64,000 nt of DNA from an uncultured Verrucomicrobia subdivision 3 bacterium (GTDB taxonomy: Bacteria > Verrucomicrobiota > Verrucomicrobiia > Limisphaerales > UBA11358): NCBI GenBank assembly GCA_903895255.1, contig CAITTG010000027.1, positions 30,991 through 94,990 of the forward strand, written 5' to 3'. Numbering within the stretch: the stretch's first letter is position 1; each line of letters opens with the position of its first letter. A model generated the notes under the pieces. It did no database searches. It had not been told where the DNA came from and saw only the letters and a program-made list of their open reading frames with translations. Shown piece after piece: positions 1 to 9,554 of this stretch. The position numbers and the translations under genes were made by a program.

Positions 1-165
1 GGCCAGTTAACGATTGTGGCGGTGTTCATGCCGCTGGCTTTGAGTGTGCGGCATTTGATGTTTTACCAACGGTTCGTCCTCCGGGCGGGATCCGTGGCGA
101 TCATGGTCATCGCCTCCACCTGGCTGGCGGAGCGGGTGCTGGATGTCAAATGGCTGCCGTTTTAA
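1..165 (+). CDS. 3' end of a CDS truncated by the window edge (hydrophobic, membrane-protein-like tail)
   Basis: Frame 1 is open from base 1 to TAA at 163-165. The translated tail ...TIVAVFMPLALSV...VAIMVIASTWLAERV is hydrophobic. No family recognised. Confidence 0.4.
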   Translation, partial: GQLTIVAVFMPLALSVRHLMFYQRFVLRAGSVAIMVIASTWLAERVLDVKWLPF

Positions 166-176
166 AAACAGGAATT

Positions 177-190
177 AAACCACGGATGGG
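177..190. repeat. Copy of the dispersed AAACCACGGATGG intergenic motif
   Basis: aaaccacggatggg begins 12 nt after the stop codon at 163-165. The same word recurs at 283, 25911, 38044 and 40144. Confidence 0.6.
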
Positions 191-282
191 AAGAGGCTTT
201 AACGCAAAGACGCAAAGGCGCGGAGAAAAAGCCAGGGGGTTTAAAACGCGCAACACACGAAATACGCAAAAGCGAATCAATC

Positions 283-315
283 AACCACGGATGGGCACGG
301 ATAAACACGAATGGG
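283..315. repeat. Longer copy of the AACCACGGATGG..GGATAAACACG motif
   Basis: aaccacggatgggcacggataaacacgaatggg. Compare ccacggatggacaccgataaacacg at 25911. The 150..347 ORF is just a translation of this repeat. Confidence 0.6.
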
Positions 316-507
316 AAAACGGTTCAAGGCAGGAGAAATCATTTTAATGCGAGCGAAAAATAATTGCATCCGTTCCGCTTTGGGGCGCGTTAGATAATTA
401 GACACGAGGTAATTGGGGCGTTTTTATGCATAAACATCTTCGTTGGTCAGCAGCCGGGGCTTCCTCCGACCCAGGGGTCGGGGGAGGCTGCCGGTGAAAG
501 GGAGATA

Positions 508-1083
508 ATGGGCGCGCAAGAAATTCAACCAGAGCCGAACCAAGACATTGAGTTGATGCGCGGCATCAGCCAGGGGGACCGGTGGGCCTTCGCCTGTTTT
601 TATGACCAATATTGCAAACTGCTGTTTGCCGTGGCCTTCCGCATTTTGAATGACCAGAAAGAAGCGGAGGATGTGCTGCAGGAAGTATTTCTGCAAATTT
701 GGGACAAGGCCGGAACGTATAACCCAACCCTGGGGAAACCGATTAGCTGGGCGGTGACCCTCACGCGGAACAAAGCGATTGATTACATTCGCGCGCAGCA
801 ACGGCGGACCAAATTGCTGGAGCATGCCGCCACCGAGATGCTGGCGAACGCGCCCGGGGGGACGGCCAATGGGACGGTGCACGGAACGCAAAACGAGGAA
901 TTGATCAGCTCCGCCGTGGCGGAACTGCCGGCGGAGCAGCGGAAGGCGATTGAAATGGCCTTTTTTGGCGGGTTTACGCAGAATGAAATTTCAGAAACTT
1001 TGAAAGAACCACTCGGCACCATCAAAGCACGCATCCGGCGCGGCATGTTACGATTGCGCGAACGACTGGAGGGGGTGGTATGA
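508..1083 (+). CDS. ECF-type RNA polymerase sigma-70 family factor
   Basis: Region-2 motif EDVLQEVFLQIW and region-4 HTH LPAEQRKAIEMAFFGGFTQNEISETLKEPLGTIKARIRRGM. 4-nt overlap with the downstream anti-sigma gene. Confidence 0.9.
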   Translation: MGAQEIQPEPNQDIELMRGISQGDRWAFACFYDQYCKLLFAVAFRILNDQKEAEDVLQEVFLQIWDKAGTYNPTLGKPISWAVTLTRNKAIDYIRAQQRRTKLLEHAATEMLANAPGGTANGTVHGTQNEELISSAVAELPAEQRKAIEMAFFGGFTQNEISETLKEPLGTIKARIRRGMLRLRERLEGVV

Positions 1084-1892
1084 TTGACGAGCACATGGAA
1101 GAACTGGCCAGCCTGCACGTGCTGGGCCTGCTGACGCCGCCGGAGGAAAAGGCATTCGCCGCCGCCCTGGCGCGCGACCCGGAATTACAGGCCTTGGTGA
1201 CGAGCCTGCTGACCGCGCGCGATGCCCTGGCGGGGACGGTTCCCGCCGCCGCCCCCTCGCCGCAGGTCAAAGACCGGATCCTGGCGGAACTGGATGCCCG
1301 GACGAAACCATCCGCACCCCGGCGCGAACGACCAACCGCCCCCAATTTCCTTAATTTTTGGCTACCGTGGGCGATCGCCACGGCAGCGGTGCTGCTTTGT
1401 GTTCACCAAACCGTGGAAAAACAGACCCTTGAGGCAACGGTGGCCAAGCAGAATGCCCGCATTGCCGAACTGGACCAACTGGCGGATGAACTGCGGGGTG
1501 CCACCAATCAAATGGCCCAAACCGTGGCCAGCTTGCAAGCGGAGACCAAACTCGCGGATGTGCGCATCGCCCTGATGAATTCATTGCTCAGCGACGCGCC
1601 CAAAGCCGTGGCGGTGAGTCTCTGGGACAACCAGAAGCAGTCCGGGGTCTTTGTGGTGCAAAACCTCAAGCCGCTGCCGGCGGATCGCGATTACCAACTG
1701 TGGGTGATTGATCCCAAGTACAAGGTGCCGGTCAGCGCCGGGGTATTCCAAGTGGACGAGTCGGGCAACGTGCGCCTGCATTTCAAGGCGGACAAGGCAA
1801 TCGTTACGGCCGACAAATTTGCGGTCACGTTGGAACCGAAGGGCGGGCTCCCCACGCCCACACTTAAGAACCTGGTGCTGCTGGGCGGTTAA
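1080..1892 (+). CDS. Anti-sigma factor (RskA / anti-sigma-K-like, single TM helix)
   Basis: ATGA overlap with the sigma gene. N-terminal LASLHVLGLL..EE motif, central TM helix WLPWAIATAAVLLC, C-terminal YQLWVID...FAVTLEPKGG typical of RskA-type extracytoplasmic domains. Confidence 0.8.
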   Translation: MIDEHMEELASLHVLGLLTPPEEKAFAAALARDPELQALVTSLLTARDALAGTVPAAAPSPQVKDRILAELDARTKPSAPRRERPTAPNFLNFWLPWAIATAAVLLCVHQTVEKQTLEATVAKQNARIAELDQLADELRGATNQMAQTVASLQAETKLADVRIALMNSLLSDAPKAVAVSLWDNQKQSGVFVVQNLKPLPADRDYQLWVIDPKYKVPVSAGVFQVDESGNVRLHFKADKAIVTADKFAVTLEPKGGLPTPTLKNLVLLGG

Positions 1893-3084
1893 GCGCGGCG
1901 GTCACGGCGGGAGCCTGGTATCTGGCCAGAAAATATAAGAGCACCACCCCGACGGTGGCGGCCAGACCGCCCCAGAAGAGCGGCCAGTTGGTGGCCAGGC
2001 GCGGGGTGCAGACGTGGAACCACCAACCGGAGCCGAGGTAGCCCAGCAGGTTGCCCACCCCGCTGGTCATCAGCGAAAACAGCGCCTGGGCCCGCGCGCG
2101 CCAGGCGATTTCCACATTTTTCTCCAGGTAAATTTGCGCGACGATCAGCACCAGCACAAACGACGCGCCATGCAGCGTCACCCCCAGCAGCAGCCAGCCC
2201 CGGGTGTTGCAGGCGCTGAAGACAAAGCGCAGCACCCCGAACCCCAGACCGGCCGCTACAATCCATTTCAGAGGCCAGCGCAACAGCAGCCAGCCCAAAG
2301 TGAACATGGCCACCACTTCGGTGACCTGGCCCAGGGAGGTCCAGGCGGTGGTGTGTTGAAAGCCCAGTTCGCGCAGATGGGCGGGGGCATAGGGATAAAA
2401 GGCGGCAATCGCCAGGTTCATCAGCGCGGCGGTGGTAAACATGACGCGATGCTGCCGGTTTTTTAACAACTGCAAGGCGTCCAGCCCCAGCCGTTCATGC
2501 CAGGACACATGGGCGGCGGGGGGCGGTTCCATCGCGGGCAAAAAAAACGTGAAGACCGCCACCACCAGCCAGATCACCGATCCGCTATAACCCGCCAGCG
2601 TGGAGGTGTCGGCATTCAGGGCACTGATCAACAGGCAGCCAGCCATCCAGCCCAGCGTGCCCATGGCGCGGATGGGGCCAAATTCCTGGCGGGCATCCTG
2701 CAACCGGGCAAACACAATCGTGGACGCAATGCCCCAGGTGGGGGCGGTGCAAAGCGCGTACACCTGGATCAACGCGAGGATGAGCCCAACCCGACACTGC
2801 CCTTGAATGGCCGTGGTAGCCAGCGCCATGGCCACGGCGGTGGCGAGCGAGAGGCCGCGCAGGACTTTGACCGGTGAGGCATGCCGGTCCGCCATGGCTC
2901 CAAAAAAGAGGGGGGAGACAAAACAGGCCAGAGCGGAGGTCGCGAAAGCAAAGGGTTTGATCGAAGCCAGGCCATGGGCATCCAGCACGGGCCCCAGTGG
3001 GACCAGCCAGGCAGACATGCCCGCCGCCTGGATAAACATCAGGGCGCCGTACTCGGCGTAGAGGCCCAGGCGCGCCTGGCTCAT
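1864..3084 (-). CDS. MFS-type transporter (polytopic membrane protein)
   Basis: About 12 hydrophobic segments. The ATG at 3084 overlaps the upstream gene's stop (ATGA). The ORF-track start at 3198 would overlap the neighbour by more than 100 nt. Confidence 0.65.
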   Translation of the reverse strand: MSQARLGLYAEYGALMFIQAAGMSAWLVPLGPVLDAHGLASIKPFAFATSALACFVSPLFFGAMADRHASPVKVLRGLSLATAVAMALATTAIQGQCRVGLILALIQVYALCTAPTWGIASTIVFARLQDARQEFGPIRAMGTLGWMAGCLLISALNADTSTLAGYSGSVIWLVVAVFTFFLPAMEPPPAAHVSWHERLGLDALQLLKNRQHRVMFTTAALMNLAIAAFYPYAPAHLRELGFQHTTAWTSLGQVTEVVAMFTLGWLLLRWPLKWIVAAGLGFGVLRFVFSACNTRGWLLLGVTLHGASFVLVLIVAQIYLEKNVEIAWRARAQALFSLMTSGVGNLLGYLGSGWWFHVCTPRLATNWPLFWGGLAATVGVVLLYFLARYQAPAVTAALNRPAAPGS

Positions 3085-3563
3085 CCGTAAAACTCCTTCG
3101 CAAGCAACTGGTTCAGTTGGTGCATCGCGAGTTGCAAGCCGGCCAGGCGGGCATGCTGGGACGCGTCCAAAAGGCCGGCCTCGGCGGCCCGCTGGCATTT
3201 TTCAAAACGCCGTTTCAGGGGCTGTTTAAGATTATTAAAGCCCAGGGCCGTGAGGGATTTTTCAATTTTAGCGGCGAATCGGCGGGCCCTGGCGATGCGC
3301 CGCAAGGCGGCGGCCACCGTGATTTCGCCGGTGCCGGTGCCCTGCAACTGGCGGCACTCAAACTGGCGGCAGCGCCGGGGACGCTCACGGTAAATGGCAC
3401 AGGTGCAATCGCCCGCCGAGAATGCGGGGCAGGGCTGCGTCACACGCGGGCGGTCGGCGAAGAGGGGCGAGCGGTCGCCCGCCTCGGCACGCACATCGGC
3501 AAAAAGCACACCATTGCAGCAGAGGCCGCAGTGGAGACACAGGGTGTCAGTGAGGGGGGGCAT
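3081..3563 (-). CDS. YkgJ-family cysteine-cluster (CxxCxxCC) protein
   Basis: N-terminal CLHCGLCCNG plus later CPAF...CTCAIY...RPRRCRQFEC cysteine pattern. Confidence 0.7.
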   Translation of the reverse strand: MPPLTDTLCLHCGLCCNGVLFADVRAEAGDRSPLFADRPRVTQPCPAFSAGDCTCAIYRERPRRCRQFECRQLQGTGTGEITVAAALRRIARARRFAAKIEKSLTALGFNNLKQPLKRRFEKCQRAAEAGLLDASQHARLAGLQLAMHQLNQLLAKEFYG

Positions 3564-3573
3564 GGCCGGACCT

Positions 3574-4359
3574 TTAATCCAGCAGGGGCTCGGCGATCCG
3601 CTGGATTTTCAGCGCCTTGCCGGTGGTGTCGTCAATCTGAATGACCGCCCCGTGGAGCACGATGCGTTTTTTGGCGACCTCAAAGCGCTGGGGCGTGTTC
3701 CACAGGAAGCGTTTGATGATTGGCTCAATTTCCCGGCCCAGGATGCTCTCTTGGGGACCGGTAAAACCGGCGTCACTGAGAAAGGCGGTGCCACCGGGAA
3801 AGATTTGCTCGTCGGCGGTCTGCACATGCGTGTGGGTGCCGACGACGGCGCTGACCTGGCCATCAAGCATGCGGGCGAAGGCAATTTTTTCCGAGGTGGC
3901 CTCGGCGTGAAAATCCACGAAGATGATGCTGGTGAGCTTGCGCAAGCGTTCGACGTCCTCGCGGGCGAGCAGGAAGGGATTTTCCAGCACGGGCATGAAG
4001 GTGCGGCCCTGGGCATTGAGCACGGCGACGGGGGGGAGATTCGGCAATTGGTAGAGTGCCGCCCCCTGCCCTGGTGTGCCCGCCGGGTAGTTGAGCGGGC
4101 GTAAAAACCGGGTTTCATTCGCCAGGAGTTCACCCACCTCTTTTTGATCCCACAAATGGTCGCCGCTGGTGATGACATTCACACCGGCGTCAAAAATCTC
4201 ACCCGCCGTGCGCGGGGTGATGCCCGAGCCGCCGGCGGAGTTTTCCCCGTTGGCCACGACGAAATCGAGTTGATATTTTTCCCGCAAGGCCGGCAGCAGC
4301 ATGCGGACCGCGCGGCGGCCGGGTTCGCCGACAATGTCGCCAATAAACAACAAATTCAC
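3574..4359 (-). CDS. YmdB-like metallophosphoesterase (2',3'-cyclic-nucleotide phosphodiesterase family)
   Basis: MNLLFIGDIVGEPGR...VVANGENSAGGSGIT...GDHLWD...GTHTHVQTADE metallophosphoesterase motifs. Confidence 0.85.
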   Translation of the reverse strand: MNLLFIGDIVGEPGRRAVRMLLPALREKYQLDFVVANGENSAGGSGITPRTAGEIFDAGVNVITSGDHLWDQKEVGELLANETRFLRPLNYPAGTPGQGAALYQLPNLPPVAVLNAQGRTFMPVLENPFLLAREDVERLRKLTSIIFVDFHAEATSEKIAFARMLDGQVSAVVGTHTHVQTADEQIFPGGTAFLSDAGFTGPQESILGREIEPIIKRFLWNTPQRFEVAKKRIVLHGAVIQIDDTTGKALKIQRIAEPLLD

Positions 4360-4440
4360 GGGATAAAGGCTACCGTGATGGACCCGCAGGGCAAGATTTT
4401 TAGGAGGGCCGGACCGGGGCGGCTAACTTTGAAAGTTTCA

Positions 4441-5418
4441 TTAAAGTGCGAAGGCCAGGGCGCCAATGACCGCCGCCAGCAGCCAGATGGCCAGGACAGC
4501 TTGCGCGCGGGTGAGGCCGGAGCGCACCAACCGGTGCGAGAGGTGGTTGGTGTCGCCAATCCAAAACGGCCGGCCGGCCCGGGTGCGAATGACGACCATG
4601 CAGGCGAGGTCCATCAAGGGCACGGCCAGTACCAGCAGCGGGGAAAGCACGGCCAGCGGATGCGGGTTGGTTTTTGTATAAAAATGCGGCAGCATGGCCA
4701 GCACCGCCAGCAGGTAACCGACCAGGTGGCTGCCGGCATCCCCGAGAAAGGCGGTGGCTTTCGGGAAATTGCAGGGCAAAAATCCCAGCAGCGCGCCGGC
4801 GGTCAGGAACGCGATCAAGGCCACCAGATACTCGCCGTCCCGCGCGGCAATCAAACCAAATAGCAGCGCCCCAATCACGCCCAGGCCGGTGCAGAGACCG
4901 TTCATGTTGTCCATGAAATTGAAGGCATTGATGACGGTCACGATCCAGAGCACGGTGATGGCGTAGCTGAAGAATTCACTGGGCACAAAGAGGGTGATGC
5001 GCTTGGCCACCAGCGCCACGGCAAGGGCGACCAGAAACTGGCCGGTAAATTTAACTGGTGGACTTAACTCGACTCGGTCATCCAGCCAGCCGAGCACGGT
5101 GATGGCGACCGCGCCCAGCGCGATCACCCCGAGTTCCAGGGCGCGCCGGTCCACGCCATGCACAATCAAGGCGGTGGAGGCGATGGACACAATGCCCAAT
5201 TTTAATAATAAGGCCCCCACCAACAGGGGTGCCAGCACGCCTGTCAGGACCGCCAGTCCCCCGGCGAGAGCGATGGGAGCATCGTGAATTTTTCGGTGGC
5301 CCGGGTCATCCACATGCCCGGTGCGCCGGCACCAAGCGCGCCAGAGGGGCAGGGCCAGCAGCACGGTCGCCAAGGACCCGGCAAAGGCGGCCAGATAAAA
5401 ATTCAGGGGAAAGCTCAC
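4441..5418 (-). CDS. MraY/WecA-family polyprenyl-phosphate sugar-1-phosphate transferase
   Basis: About 10 TM segments. Contains the DDR..L and NAFNFMDNMNG motifs of the polyprenyl-phosphate N-acetylhexosamine-1-P transferase family. 4-nt overlap with the upstream GT gene. Confidence 0.8.
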   Translation of the reverse strand: MSFPLNFYLAAFAGSLATVLLALPLWRAWCRRTGHVDDPGHRKIHDAPIALAGGLAVLTGVLAPLLVGALLLKLGIVSIASTALIVHGVDRRALELGVIALGAVAITVLGWLDDRVELSPPVKFTGQFLVALAVALVAKRITLFVPSEFFSYAITVLWIVTVINAFNFMDNMNGLCTGLGVIGALLFGLIAARDGEYLVALIAFLTAGALLGFLPCNFPKATAFLGDAGSHLVGYLLAVLAMLPHFYTKTNPHPLAVLSPLLVLAVPLMDLACMVVIRTRAGRPFWIGDTNHLSHRLVRSGLTRAQAVLAIWLLAAVIGALAFAL

Positions 5419-6584
5419 ACGCGCAGGCCGCGTTCGGCGGCCAGTCTCAGGTACAAAGCATGCGTGTCAGCCACCATTTTTTCCACCGCAAAATTCTCCC
5501 GCACGTACGCCTGGCCCGCCGCCCCCAATTGCGCGCGCAAGACCGAATCGCCGGCGAGGCGGCACAAGCGGTCGGTGAGGCCGGCCAGATCACCCGGCGG
5601 CAGCAGGAAGCCGGTGCGGCCGTCCAGACAGACTTCGCGCGCGCCATCACAATCATAGGCGACCACCGGCCGGGCGGCGGCGAGCGCCTGCGGCAGGGCG
5701 CGCGGCAGGCCCTCGCGCAGGGACAGATGCACCAGCGCATCCATGATGCCCACCAGGGACGGCACCTCGGCCGGGGGCACCAGGCCAGTGAAGACGAAAT
5801 GCTTCGCCAGCCCCGCCGCCCGAGCCATGGTCGCAAACCGTTCGCGCCAAGGGCCGTCGCCCACCAAAAGAAATTTAATCCGGGGGCAGCGGCGCACCAA
5901 GTCCGGGGCGGCGGCGAACAGGTCGTCATGGCCCTTCAATTCGAACAGGCGGGCGATTTTGCCGACGACAAAATCCCCCGGTTGCAAACCGTACCGGGCC
6001 CGCAGAGCCGGATCATTCACGGCGGCGAGGTAGGGTTCAAGGGGGAAACCGCTGAAGATTTTCGTGTATTGGTCCGGCCGGCCAATGCCCGCGGCGAGGT
6101 ATTGGTCCCGCATCGCATCGGCCACCACGGTGAAATGATCCGTGGCGCGGGCGGCGTATTTTTCGGCATTACGAAAGACGAAATTGGCGCGGGCGCTTTG
6201 GAACTTCCCAAAAGACGGACCGTGAATGGCGTGAAGGATCAGCGGCACCCCGGCACTCCGGGCCGCGAGCCGGCCGATGATACCCGCCTTGCCGCTGTGG
6301 GTGTGGACGATGTCCGGACTGGTCTGCTGGAAACGCCGGGTGAGATGCCGCCAGGCCAGCCAGTCCTGGAGGGGATGCACCGGCCGGACGAGTTCGGGTA
6401 CGATGGACAGCAAAGCGGGGTCCAAGGCCAGCGCCTTGGCCAACGAGCCTTCCGGTCCGTGGGTGGGACCGGATATCAAATCGACGGTCACACCGGGTTT
6501 TTCCCGGAGGCCCAGCACGGTGGACACCGTGTTTTCCTGAGCGCCGCCGACAATCAGCCGGGTAATGACATGGGTCACCCGCAT
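5415..6584 (-). CDS. GT-B fold glycosyltransferase (GT4-like)
   Basis: N-terminal VGGAQENT-type motif, HTH..KAG, and C-terminal E..G.P....EA signature (SLREGLPRALPQALAAARPVVA). Confidence 0.8.
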   Translation of the reverse strand: MRVTHVITRLIVGGAQENTVSTVLGLREKPGVTVDLISGPTHGPEGSLAKALALDPALLSIVPELVRPVHPLQDWLAWRHLTRRFQQTSPDIVHTHSGKAGIIGRLAARSAGVPLILHAIHGPSFGKFQSARANFVFRNAEKYAARATDHFTVVADAMRDQYLAAGIGRPDQYTKIFSGFPLEPYLAAVNDPALRARYGLQPGDFVVGKIARLFELKGHDDLFAAAPDLVRRCPRIKFLLVGDGPWRERFATMARAAGLAKHFVFTGLVPPAEVPSLVGIMDALVHLSLREGLPRALPQALAAARPVVAYDCDGAREVCLDGRTGFLLPPGDLAGLTDRLCRLAGDSVLRAQLGAAGQAYVRENFAVEKMVADTHALYLRLAAERGLRV

Positions 6585-6592
6585 AGGCGCGG

Positions 6593-9535
6593 TCAGGGGG
6601 CTTTGCCCGTGAGGGTGGCGAGGCGGCTGCGGATCATTTTAAATTCCGCCGAGTTGGTCGGGGCGTTTTCCAGATAAACGCCATAATGCTGCACGGCGGC
6701 ATTGGTATCCCGCTGCTGCCAGGCAATTTCGCCCAGGCCGTAGGCGACCTGGAATGATTTGGGGTAGGCCGCGGCCAGCTGCTCGTAGTCACTGCGGGCG
6801 GATTTGAAGTCACCGATGTTGAGATAAGCCACGGCGCGATTGAACAAGGCATCGTAGCTATTGGTTTGCAAAGCAATCACCCGGCTAAGGCTGGCGATGG
6901 CCTGCGGGTATTGCTTGAGCCGCATATGCACATAGCCCTGGCCGAAGAGCCAGGCGGGATCATCCGGGGTGCGGGCGAGTTGCAAATTGATGACGTGAAG
7001 GGCATTGGTGAGGAGGCCCTGGCCCAGGAACACCTGGGTGGCGACCGTGAGCAGATTGACATCGTCCGGGTGCTGGTTCACCTCGCCCTCCAGCAGGGGG
7101 ATGCCGAGCGCCAGATTCGTTAGCTGGAGGTAAGCAGCGGAAGCCACCAGGTTGACCTCGGTCGAATTGGTTTCGTTGAGGCCAAAGCGTTCGGGATGCA
7201 GCCGGGGTTCCCGCAGGGCAGCCAGAGCCAGCTCAGGACGATGGGAAAACACATACAGTTGCCCGAGAGAAGAGAGGGTGGGCAAATTATCCGGGAGAAA
7301 TTCCCGCACCCGGGTGAACGCGGCGATGGCCTGGCACCACAAACTGCCCTGCATATAGATGCCACCGGCCGCGAAACAGAAGCTGGGTTCATCAAACGGA
7401 CCGCAGGCGGTCTGGATTTCTTCCCAAGCATGGTATCGGCCCCATTGGTCGGGGCCGGTTTTATTCAGGTCAAGCTCAACGGAACGGCCGGCCTGGAGGT
7501 CGCGGTTGAAGGCCAGGTTGACGCTGGCGGCCAGATTATCGGGATTCAGTTTCAGGGCGGTGTCAAAGTGGGCCGCCGCCGGAACCAGCGCGCGGGCCTG
7601 CTGCAGTTGCACGCCCCAAAAATTCAAGCTGCGCGAATAATACTGGCCGGCGAGAAGGTCATTGTAATTCGCCTCGGGCTGGATATGCAGGCGGGCCTTG
7701 AGCCGCTGACCGAATTCGTGGCGGGTGGCAAAGGGGTCGGGCGGTACGGTCGCCTTGAGAATCGGGGGCAGCGTCTCCTGCTCCGCCCTGGCCCAGAAAG
7801 CCTCATTTTCGGCCTGGAGACGGGCATCTGGCAAACGAGGCAGCAGGGTGTCCGCGGGGAGGTTCTTCATTTGGTAGACCAAACCATGCGGCTCCAGATA
7901 AAACACCTCAAAATAATAGCCAAAGCTGGGATGCAGGTAATATATGGCATTGGTTTTGGCGAGTAATTCCACCACACCAAGCAGGCCATGCGGATCCAGC
8001 AAGTTATTATTTTTAGCATCCACCAGCAAGGGCCACTGCCGGGGATATTTTTGGTGGAGATACCGGTGATAAGCAGGGGAGGAAAGGGCCATGGTATCCA
8101 CGGGCACGTACTCACCGCTCCGCCCCGCCTGAGCCAGAGCCTCCTGCACCAAATACAGACGGCGGGGGATGTCCGCGGAGCCCACCTCATTGTCCGCCAG
8201 CAAAATCCCGCCCGTGCGCGGCAGGCTGGCCAGGACCAAACTGGCGTAGGCTTTGAGGCCGTTATTATTGACGGCCAATAAGACCACCCGGTTTTTCCAG
8301 ATCAATCCCGAGGTCACCAGCAGGGCCAGGACCACGAGGACCGTGAACGTCGCAGGCTGCAAGACCCCAAAAATATCCGGCCCGCGAGAGCGCGAATTAC
8401 GAGCCACCAACCGGCGGGAGACCAGGAGGAAGTAGCCGCTATAATAACCCACACTCAGCGCCGCGAGATAGTAAAAATTCAAACAGGGGAGGCCAGACCC
8501 GAGGTGACGCGGACTGAAGGGCGGATCAAAAGCACCCCATAAACAAATCCCCATTAAGACCGCAAAAACCAGATGAATCATGATGCCGGTGATTTCCGTG
8601 CCCATGCGGCTGCGATCCCCAAAAGCGGCTTTCCAGCGGACCGACATCATCACGACCGGCATCAGGGAAATCAACCCCATCAAGGCCAGGGCATGACGAA
8701 ATTTTTCGTTGGCAAAAAAGTACTGGCACATGCCCCATTGGGGGGACAGGTTGAGCTTGAAAGCCTGCCACCAAAGGTTTGGCGGGATTTTCCCGGAAAG
8801 GACGCCCAGGCTGGGCAGGAGGCAGCACAAGGAAAGGCCCGCAAGGGCGCAGCCCAGCAGGCGCAAGAGGAAACCCGCATTAAAAAACGCCAGGCCACGA
8901 ATCCAAATTAGCGCGGCCAGAATCAGGGGCAGAAATCCGGTCAAGCCATAATCCTGGGTCATCCCGGCTCCATAAAGGCCCGCCGCCAGCAGCAAGCGGC
9001 CCTCACGTTCATCCAGGCGATACTCCAGCAAACTCCAGATCACCACGGCGAAAATCAAAAGATTAATCAAATCGCCGGTGAAGTTGGTGGCAAATTCCCA
9101 AAAAGTGAACTGCAACCCGCAGACCAGCACCGCCAGCACCGGGGGGAGCCATGCGCTGCGAATGGTAAGAAAAGAGAAATCGCTGGTCTCCCGCAAGCGT
9201 TGCGCCTCGGTGCGATCCTGGGGTAGCAACGCCACCGAACGCGCCAGCAAACCCAGCACCCCCGCCGCCAGCACGGCCGAAAACAGATTCAACGCCAGGG
9301 GAATCAAGGGGGTGGGCAGCCAGTGAAATGGCCAAGTCACCAAATAGGTGACCGGATTAAGCAAGGCGGGCTGCCAGGTCCATCCCGAAATCCGGGCCAC
9401 CTGGTCCAAATTGAACAGGGAAACCCAGTGATCCAGGGTGACCACATAAACGACCAGCATCAGACCGGCCAGCAGCCAGGGTAAAAAGCGCGGAACAAAG
9501 GTTTGGCGCGGGTCTTTTCGGGTTGCTTTGGTCAT
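6593..9535 (-). CDS. Large polytopic membrane protein with C-terminal TPR repeats (possible GT-C-like glycosyltransferase)
   Basis: The first ~400 aa hold more than 10 hydrophobic helices. The C-terminal ~350 aa contain repeated TPR-like A..A/Y..G..Y..A patterns (e.g. AIASLSRVIALQTNSYDALFNRAVAYLNIGDFKSARSDYEQL). Family assignment is tentative. Confidence 0.6.
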   Translation of the reverse strand: MTKATRKDPRQTFVPRFLPWLLAGLMLVVYVVTLDHWVSLFNLDQVARISGWTWQPALLNPVTYLVTWPFHWLPTPLIPLALNLFSAVLAAGVLGLLARSVALLPQDRTEAQRLRETSDFSFLTIRSAWLPPVLAVLVCGLQFTFWEFATNFTGDLINLLIFAVVIWSLLEYRLDEREGRLLLAAGLYGAGMTQDYGLTGFLPLILAALIWIRGLAFFNAGFLLRLLGCALAGLSLCCLLPSLGVLSGKIPPNLWWQAFKLNLSPQWGMCQYFFANEKFRHALALMGLISLMPVVMMSVRWKAAFGDRSRMGTEITGIMIHLVFAVLMGICLWGAFDPPFSPRHLGSGLPCLNFYYLAALSVGYYSGYFLLVSRRLVARNSRSRGPDIFGVLQPATFTVLVVLALLVTSGLIWKNRVVLLAVNNNGLKAYASLVLASLPRTGGILLADNEVGSADIPRRLYLVQEALAQAGRSGEYVPVDTMALSSPAYHRYLHQKYPRQWPLLVDAKNNNLLDPHGLLGVVELLAKTNAIYYLHPSFGYYFEVFYLEPHGLVYQMKNLPADTLLPRLPDARLQAENEAFWARAEQETLPPILKATVPPDPFATRHEFGQRLKARLHIQPEANYNDLLAGQYYSRSLNFWGVQLQQARALVPAAAHFDTALKLNPDNLAASVNLAFNRDLQAGRSVELDLNKTGPDQWGRYHAWEEIQTACGPFDEPSFCFAAGGIYMQGSLWCQAIAAFTRVREFLPDNLPTLSSLGQLYVFSHRPELALAALREPRLHPERFGLNETNSTEVNLVASAAYLQLTNLALGIPLLEGEVNQHPDDVNLLTVATQVFLGQGLLTNALHVINLQLARTPDDPAWLFGQGYVHMRLKQYPQAIASLSRVIALQTNSYDALFNRAVAYLNIGDFKSARSDYEQLAAAYPKSFQVAYGLGEIAWQQRDTNAAVQHYGVYLENAPTNSAEFKMIRSRLATLTGKAP

Positions 9536-9554
9536 TCGGTGGGATTAGTTGAAA

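Noticed and set aside
150-347. 65-aa ORF (…PRMGTDKHEWE…)
   Set aside because: It is the translation of the dispersed AAACCACGGATGG/GGATAAACACG repeat and of A-rich filler. It has no RBS and no protein-like composition.
5229-6677. 482-aa plus-strand ORF, and similar long antisense ORFs at 12405-13358, 23135-24196, 23593-24561, 44565-45899, 46590-47732, 48899-49849, 56268-57434 and 58275-59315
   Set aside because: Each overlaps, on the opposite strand, a gene with unambiguous family motifs. All have Arg/Gly/Ala-rich low-complexity translations. They are shadow ORFs, not genes.
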